From Lama glama (Eukaryota), in the NCBI GenBank assembly GCA_028534125.1, contig CM052816.1, positions 620,001 to 684,000 on the forward strand: DNA of 64,000 nt, in the 5' to 3' direction. The notes beneath the pieces were generated by a model that ran no database searches, was not told where the DNA came from, and worked only from the letters and a program-made list of their open reading frames with translations. Below are positions 56,451 to 64,000 of this stretch, piece by piece. The translations under genes were made by a program, and so were the position numbers. Position 1 is the first letter of the stretch. Each line of letters starts with the position of its first letter.

Positions 56451-57053
56451 TTAGCCTGTATCTGCAATGAATGCATCAATTGCTTCCCAGCTGCCTCTCA
56501 CCACCACCTTCAACATTTCTCACTCTGTTGCAAAGAAAGTCCGTTTCTTTGGAGAGAAACTTGGAGCTTTCTGTTCTCTGGTCTTCTTTCTCTGTTCTCT
56601 GCTGTGCTTTTTTTCCCCAGACAAAGATCTCTGAGCCACAGCCTTGGTCCTTGGGGTAGGGACAGTGACCGGCTTCTCTTTCTCTCTGAATGACACTCCT
56701 GCATTCGGAGCTGAGTGCTCAGTGGGGTGGTAGGCATCAATTTCAGAATTCCTCAGGCTGCTTCTCTTGGCATGGAAACCTGTCCCATGAGAGGGGACAG
56801 GGGTGACCAGGTATTTGCAGTATTCTCAAGGTAGAGCCTCCATTCCAGGAATGATGATTATGAAGAAAGGAATCCACACCTTTCAGCCATACTCCCCTGG
56901 AACTTACTCTTTGCAAGAAGAGACTAAGAAATGCTGACTTCTGTCTCTCCCAGGAAGAGACAGGGAGCAGGGGTGGGAAGGAGCCCTGTGCTCTTGGCTG
57001 TCCCGAGTCCAGACTGAGGCTTCCATCTCACTGAGCTGGGAGAGGGGTAGTCT

Positions 57054-57629
57054 TGACGAAAGATCAGCCCCCTTCCCTGATGGGCTGAATAATTCAGTGA
57101 CAAGATCTTAGAGCTTAGAAGAAAAGAGGCAGCTTTATTGCTGTGCCTCGCAAAGTGCCTTCAAAACTGTGAGCGCATCTTGGCGATGGGGGAGAGCGAT
57201 CACATAGCCATAGCTTAAACAATAAAGCGTTGATAACAATCAACAGAATTAACTTTCTTCTCATAAGACTCAGAATGGCGTCATGGTGTCTCCAGGGCAC
57301 CAAGTCTAGAGAGCCTAGTGGCTGTCATTCTTCTCATCTCTTTATCTTGTAAGTGCCCAAGGCACGGTCTTCTTGGTCATTCAGGCTGTTTTGTAAGGTT
57401 ACAGTCCCGTGACCTTCTCCCTGGAGATCAACTCTGAGACCAAGCGTGATTATTACTTTTGATGACTGGAATAAAGTAGAAACAGTGAGATCAACAGCTT
57501 TAGTTTTAACAATGGGCCTGGAACTGTGAGTAGCCACCGGTCAGTCAGGTCAGTTGACCGTTCTAAGGGCAAGCATAACAATAAGCAATCTGTTGGCCTA
57601 AGTGCAGCCACTTTATTAATCCCCTTTCA
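57054..57629 (-). mobile_element. Probable ERV LTR
   Basis: tgacgaa...cctttca; gcagctttattgct poly(A)-signal region. Confidence 0.5.
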
Positions 57630-58774
57630 CTAGCACATGGCTCTTGGTTCAAATATTGTTTGAACTGTTTTTACTGAATTTTAGTAGGTTTTCTTGAATA
57701 ACTGTTTCTTCACTTACTGTATGTCCTTCAGGCCCTTTGTAGAGACTTACCTTTACAAGTTAGTAATTTTCACTAGTTTACTTGTCTGCAGTGTTTTTCA
57801 CACTAGTGTGCTAGAAGTAGAACTCTCACCTGGGTGCCACTGTAATTTGGTCTCAGGAGTACCCAGAACCTCCTGGACCCAGGGCATGATGATTACACAT
57901 GAGTTCAGAATTAAACCACCATTTCCTGGTACGATTCTACGTGGGAAAGGATGGTGTTGGGAGACAGGGTCTTCCAGCTGCCTACCAGACCCGGAACATG
58001 GCAGGTGACTCACACACATGGCTTCCTCCTCCCTCTCTCCCTCCCTTCTGCCCTCTTCCCACTCACACATCCACAGTGACCTATCTGGCCACGCTGACTC
58101 ATGGTGACCCTACCTCACTCGGTCACCCAAGTCCAGTCTTGTCATCCCACACACCAGTTCTATGTTGCGATCAGGTCTAAGAGGTTCCAGTAAGGGTCCT
58201 AGCCTTGGAGAGGAGTAAGTTGACGGAGTCCCCTGATTCTCCATCATGAGCCTCTCCCACCCCTGGCTGGGTGGCGCTGTGGAAAGTTACAGGTCCCAGA
58301 GATCCTTCCATGCCTGTGGCCCATCATACTGACTGCTACCAGCACAGAGGGGGACCAGGGTTCCCCATTTCCCAAGGAGGAGACGTCCCTGGAGATAAGG
58401 ATCTTTGAGTGATCAGGAATGGAACATGCAGTCTCTTTGAATTTGAATGTTCTTCTACCCTGGACATCTTAGAGTGTGGGCAAGGACCAAACCTCCGATC
58501 CAGTCTGAGTCCTAGATTGTCTCTCAGTTTCAGTTGAGAATACTCCTCTCACGGCACACAGACCCTGAGTCAGGGACGGCCCTTAACATTCTCCTCAGAG
58601 ACTTCCATCTCCTTTTCAGCTCTACCACAAATAGCTCTTATGACAGAAGTGTGTCAGGGCCGTGAGGTGTGACAGAGAAAGAATGTGTCCAAGGTCAAAA
58701 GGGGGAGACATAAGCTCCTTCCAGGGCTTCCTCTCCCAAGTGTGTGGCCCTGGATATCAAATAAGGTCCCACAG

Positions 58775-60140
58775 TGCCCATCCATCTTGCCACAAACGGC
58801 AGGATCTCCTTCTTTTTAACAGCTGAGTAGTCTGAATAGTATTTATCTATAATTATACATATAATTATATACATATTTACATACTTCATTTTCTTTTTTT
58901 TAATTGGAGTATTTTATTGAAGTATAGTTGATATACAGTGTCATGTTATTTTCGGTTGAACAACATAGTGATTCAACAATCAAATATATTATGAAATAAT
59001 CACAACGAATCCAATAACCATCTCTCACCACACAAAATTATTGTAGTATTAGCAAATATATTCCTTGTGTGGAATATTACGTACTCATGGCATTTAATTT
59101 TAAAACTGGAAGTTTCTATCTCTTAATCCCCTTCACCTATTTTGCCCAACTGTACCCCCCTCCCTTCTGGAAAACACCAGTTTTCTCTGTGTATCTATAA
59201 GTCTGTTTCGGTTTTGTTTTGTTTGTTTTGTTTTTCTGATCACCCATATAAGTGAGATCATATATTTGTCTTTCTCTGCGTTACTTATTTCACTTAGCAT
59301 AATACCCTGTAGGTCCAACCACATTGTCGCAAGTGGCAAGATTTCATTCTTTTCTTTGGCTGATATTCCATTGTATATATATCTACGCTTCACCTCTTCT
59401 TCATTCATTCATCTGTTGATGAACATTTAAGTTGTTTTCATGTCTCGGCTATTATAAACACTGTTGCAATGAACATAGGGGTGTGTGTATCTTTTTGAAT
59501 TTGTGGGTTTTTCTTTTTTTCCTCTTTAGGTAAATACCCAGGCATGGAATTTCTGGATTGCACGGTAGTTCTATTTTTAATTTTTTGAGGAACTGGTTTT
59601 TTTTTTTTCACACTGTTTTTCACAGTGATTGTACCAATTTACATTCCCACCAACATTGCATGGGGGTTCCCTTTTCTCCACATCTTAATCAACATTTGTT
59701 ATTTGTTGCCTTTTTGGTGATAGCCATTCTGACAGATGTGAGGTGATACCTCGTTGTAATTTTGATTTGCATTTAACTGATAAGGAGTGATACTGAGCAT
59801 CTTTTCATGTGTCTGTTGGTCACCTGTATGTTTTCTTTGGAGAAATGTCTTTTTAAGTCCTCTGCCCATTTTTAAATTGAGTAATTTGTTTTTTGATATT
59901 AAGTTGCATATCACATTTTCTTTATCCATCCACGGACACTTAGGTTGCTTTCATGTCTTGGCTGTTGTGAATAATGCTGAAATGAACATGGGAGTGCATG
60001 CATCTCTTTGAGATACAGATTTCATTTCCTTTGGGTATACACCCAGGAGTGGAATTGCTGGATCCTACGGTAGTTCTGGTTTTAATTTTTTTGAGGAAAC
60101 TCCCTTCTGTTTTTCACAGTGGTTCTACCAATTTATATTC
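58775..60140 (-). mobile_element. L1 3' fragments, one nested in another
   Basis: Antisense L1 ORF2-end/3'UTR text; younger copy ~58898-59905 interrupts an older copy. Confidence 0.8.
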
Positions 60141-60287
60141 CAAGAGAGAACACTTTCGTACAGGAATGAATATGTCCCTGGAAGAGCAGTGCTCACTGTT
60201 TGAATGGGCACCAAAAAGGACAGAACTGAGAGACCGGAGGAGGGGGACTGGAGCACGGAGAGTGGGAAACTGAGGGGCTTATGTCCC

Positions 60288-60748
60288 TGTTAACGGGTCC
60301 AGTTGTGTCCTCCAAGAGGGAACTGTTGAAGTGCTAACCCTTGATACCTCAGAACGTGCTCTCATTTGGAAATAGGGTCATTGCTGCTGTTACTAGTTCA
60401 GTTAAGATGAGGTCATCCTGGAGTAGGGAAGACCCCACTCCAATATGGCTAGCATCCTCATCAGAGGAGGAGAGGGACACACAGAGGAGGAGCTCCATGT
60501 GAAGATGGAGGCAAAGACTGGAGTGATACATCAACCAGCCAAGGGTTGCTCCAGCTGCTAGCTGCCACCTGCCAGGAGAAGCATGGGACAGATCTCTTCC
60601 TCAGAGCCTCCAGAAGGAGCCAACCCTGTCGATACCATGGTTTCAGACTTTTGGTCTCCACAGCTGTGAGAGAATACATTTTTTGCTGTTTAAGCCGCCA
60701 AGTTGGTGGCACTTTGTTATGGCCGCCTTAGGAAAGAAACTAAGATAG
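60288..60748 (+). mobile_element. MaLR LTR (MLT1-like), near full length
   Basis: tgttaacggg...atttggaaatagggtc...aagatgaggtcat...cagagcctccagaaggagccaaccctg...tttgttatggccgcc...aactaagata. Confidence 0.85.
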
Positions 60749-60902
60749 TTAGTTACCTTCATAGTTTGAATCTAAGACGCCTTCTTGCTCTTGGCTTCAC
60801 ACACCCACCACCCTGTCCAAACTGGTTCATTCATAGTCCCCACGCAGAGACGCCTAGGCTCACTCTGTTATCTGGAAGACTTCCACATCTCCATCCTAAC
60901 TC

Positions 60903-61428
60903 TGTAATAAGGAAGAGCAAATCTGATCCTGTCTTGAATCTGTTTCTTTTACTTTAAACTTTGCATCCTATTGCTTTCTTACTACAAGTTAATCACTAAA
61001 GGGATGTTGCTTGTAGATTAAAGTATTCATAATGGTCCATGTCTGAGAACCCTGCCTCCCATGTCTGAGCATTAAGCTAAAATACCTTTGCTTAGCTCAC
61101 AGGAAACATCCTGATCAGACCCGCCTGTGGATGGCTGCAAGAAACAAGAAATTAACACATCCCCTCTGCAGTCTGAGTCTGGCCAGAACCAGGAAATACT
61201 TGCAACAATTTATCGTCTTTTTACTTTACCTCTTCACCTCCCCCGTATTTGTTCTATAAAAGAAACTAGCATCCAAACGTGGGCAAGATGGTTCTTTGGG
61301 ACACTAGTCCACCATCTTCTCGGTCGGCTGCTTTCCCAAATGAACTCACTGTTCCTTGCCCCAACAACTTGTCTCTTGATTTATTGGCCTGTCATGCAGC
61401 AGGCAGTAAGAACTTGGACTCAGTAACA
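60903..61428 (+). mobile_element. ERV1-type solo LTR (MER34-like)
   Basis: tgtaataaggaagagcaaatctga...ctataaaaga...gacactagtccaccatcttctcgg...cttggactcagtaaca. Confidence 0.75.
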
Positions 61429-62173
61429 TTTCAAGTCACAATTCAAGTCCCCTACCCTGCTATGCCCCTTTTCATGTTTATAATGGGAGCCAGGAAACAC
61501 TTTCTGGCCCTGTGAATTAGTGAGTGGGGAAAAATGCTTTGGAACTAGTAGTAGAAGCTTTGGGGTGACATTTTTCCTCTTTTACTCATCTCCTCTCACA
61601 TCCCCGTGGCAGTTGGGTGCAGAGACTCAACTCATATTAAGGAACAGTCTCGGAAGCATCCTCATGGGGGGCCCAGATTCCAGCCTGCACTGTCCCTGTA
61701 ACCTTGGTCTCCGAGGGTTTCCTCGCAGGGTTGCTGAGGGTGGTGCAAGATCATTCACAGTGCCCTGCACATCAGGCCCTGCAGCCCTGCCCCTTCTCAC
61801 CAGACTCTTGGCTGTACACCTTTATTTGACTCATCCACTTCTCAGGTGAACAAACGTGGGCCTTGAGATGACACCTCACTCCTGGCCCCATACGTGATGA
61901 ATTCTGTCTCCACTTGAACTAAACTAAAAAGCTGGGACTCAGGGATAGGATCCTCATGGTTGGCCTGGTGGTTTCTTCACACACGACAACCACCTCTTTA
62001 TTCTCCCTCCAGGCCCCAAGCAGTAGGATTTCCACAGACCAAGGGTCCGTGCCCCCATCTGACTCTCACTTATTCCAAGCCCCAGGCTCAGACCAGCCCT
62101 GCACGTCTGCACTCCTGGATCATGAGCTCCCTGGGAAATGATGGGTGGGAGTGCAGTGGCAGCAGCTGCCGTT

Positions 62174-62273
62174 NNNNNNNNNNNNNNNNNNNNNNNNNNN
62201 NNNNNNNNNNNNNNNNNNNNNNNNNNNNNNNNNNNNNNNNNNNNNNNNNNNNNNNNNNNNNNNNNNNNNNNNN
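62174..62273. other. Assembly gap (100 N)
   Basis: Run of N. Confidence 1.
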
Positions 62274-62472
62274 TGATTTATAATCATTTTACAATGTTGT
62301 GTCAAATTCCAGTGTTCAGCACAATTTTTCAGTCATTCATGGACATATACACACTCATTGTCACATTTTTTTCTCTGTGATTTATCATAACATTTTGTGT
62401 ATATTTCCCTGTGCTATACAGTGTAATCTTGTTTATCTATTCTACAATTTTGAAATCCCAGTCTATCCCTTC
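62274..62472 (-). mobile_element. L1 3' tail fragment
   Basis: ttacaatgttgtgtcaaattccagtg...ttccctgtgctatacag. Confidence 0.75.
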
Positions 62473-63739
62473 GTTAAGTCTTATTCAGACCTAGTCATGC
62501 CAGTGCTGTTCTAGCTACTTCGAACACAGGTGCTCTGGCTCCAGACTCCAGGTAAGAAAACCATCAGCTTTTATGCTTTCCTTATGCCCTTACATAGGCT
62601 CTTACCAAGGGCAGAGTAGACATTGGTGGGTCTACCAGGAGCCCAAAGACCAAGGGGAGGCGCATAACTGGTCACCCTTCTCCAGGGTGGCCTCCACTGT
62701 GGACACTGCCCATGCTCTGCTTGACTCTGTCATTTACAGGTCCTTCCCTGGCTCCTTGAACTTTGACCCAAGTAATTTTTCATCCATTTCACATATTCAG
62801 GAAGAATGGGATTTTGATGAGTTGGACAGCTGCCAGGTATGTAAGTGGGTGCCATAAAGAGGGACTGAGCATGTTTGTGGAGCCTTTATTTCCTCCTTCA
62901 CCTTCACATGACACAAGTCTGTCCTTGAGAGAAGTACAAACACCATCTGTCTCTTGTCAACAAGGGGCAGGGGCCTCAGATACTCAGACCCTGTTCTCCT
63001 GGGTGGCAGGCTGCCAGGGGTTGTGCAAGTGGTGGGTGGTTCCAGGCGGGAACTGGACTTGACACCATCATATCTCTTTGCTATGTGTCTACCAGCATGT
63101 TAGCAGGGGTAGGCAGCAAAGAAACTTCTTGCCTGGGATGATTGTCAACGATTAAGAAACTCCTTTCCCCCTGCCCTGGCTTTCTTCCTCCTTGCCTTTC
63201 TCTTTCGATTGAGAAAACTGGATGCAACATCCTGCCTCAAAAGACTCCCTTCTCAAGAAAACCCTCCCTCCAAGGCCCAGAGAATCAGGTCATTTGAACA
63301 TGCCCCATGCTAATGAATACACTCGTCCCTTGCTTTTCAGCTGTTCCGTTCCTGGTCTGCATCCTGTATCTTGAGGTTTTAGAGGGTAGAAACAGTATCT
63401 TCTACTTTTGGACAAGTCAGATGCTACGGCATGGGAACTTCATGGTCTTAGGCAGCAGTGTGGACAGCAAGTTGGAAACGACAGCGTGTTATCCTGCATA
63501 TCGGCCAGGAGAGGCTGGGTACTGCTGGCGCAACAAGCAAGCTCAAGGTGCCAGAAGCTACAACCTCGAAGATGTATTTCTTGCTCACAGTCAGCTGAAT
63601 TTCTCCTCCATGTCATCTGAACCTGGGACCCAGGCTGATGTAGAAGATCCTATCTGAAGAATTCCTGGTAGTCGTGGTGAAGGGAAATGAGAACATGGAT
63701 ATTAACACTACTGAACTGTACAATTAAAAATGGTTAATG

Positions 63740-64000
63740 TGCGAAAACAGACTCATGGACATAGAAAACAAACTACGGTTAAAAGGGGAAAGGGAGGGGA
63801 GGGATAAATTAAGGGTTGGGGATTAACAGACGCATATTACTATATATAAAACAGATAAACAACAAGGACCTACTGTTTAGTACAGGAAATTATATTCCAT
63901 TTCTCGTAATAACATATAATGGGAAAGAATCTGAAAATAAAATATGTATGTATGTATATGTATAACTGAATCACTTTGCCGTACACCTGAAACTAACATT
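63740..64000 (+). mobile_element. L1 3'UTR fragment running off the window end
   Basis: cagactcatggacatagaaaacaaact...aacaaggacctactg...gtacacctgaaactaaca. Confidence 0.85.

Overview
Mammalian genomic DNA, most likely a camelid (alpaca/camel), judged from several tRNA-Ala-derived vic-1-type SINEs. The first ~43 kb holds three genes in the order and orientation I recall for human 1q44, read reverse-complemented. ZNF692 (+) has 11 coding exons at 2675-10081 and encodes 513 aa. ZNF672 (-) has a single coding exon at 11579-12973 and encodes 464 aa with 14 C2H2-type fingers. SH3BP5L (+) has 6 coding exons at 30526-41788 and encodes 393 aa. Each gene has a CpG-island promoter and a poly(A) signal. 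From ~44 kb onward I recognise no coding gene; the region is dense in ERV/MaLR LTRs, ERVL internal pieces, L1 fragments and DNA-transposon relics. There are three N gaps in the window. I find no clearly new biological system. The best leads are (1) a split counterpart of the human miR-3124 hairpin upstream of SH3BP5L, (2) a TSD-bounded L1 3' transduction, (3) a uORF/alternative-acceptor switch in the SH3BP5L leader, (4) a frame-required GC-AG intron with a NAGNAG acceptor in ZNF692, and (5) a 188-bp LTR duplication across a gap. Repeat subfamily names and all human comparisons are from recall, not database searches.
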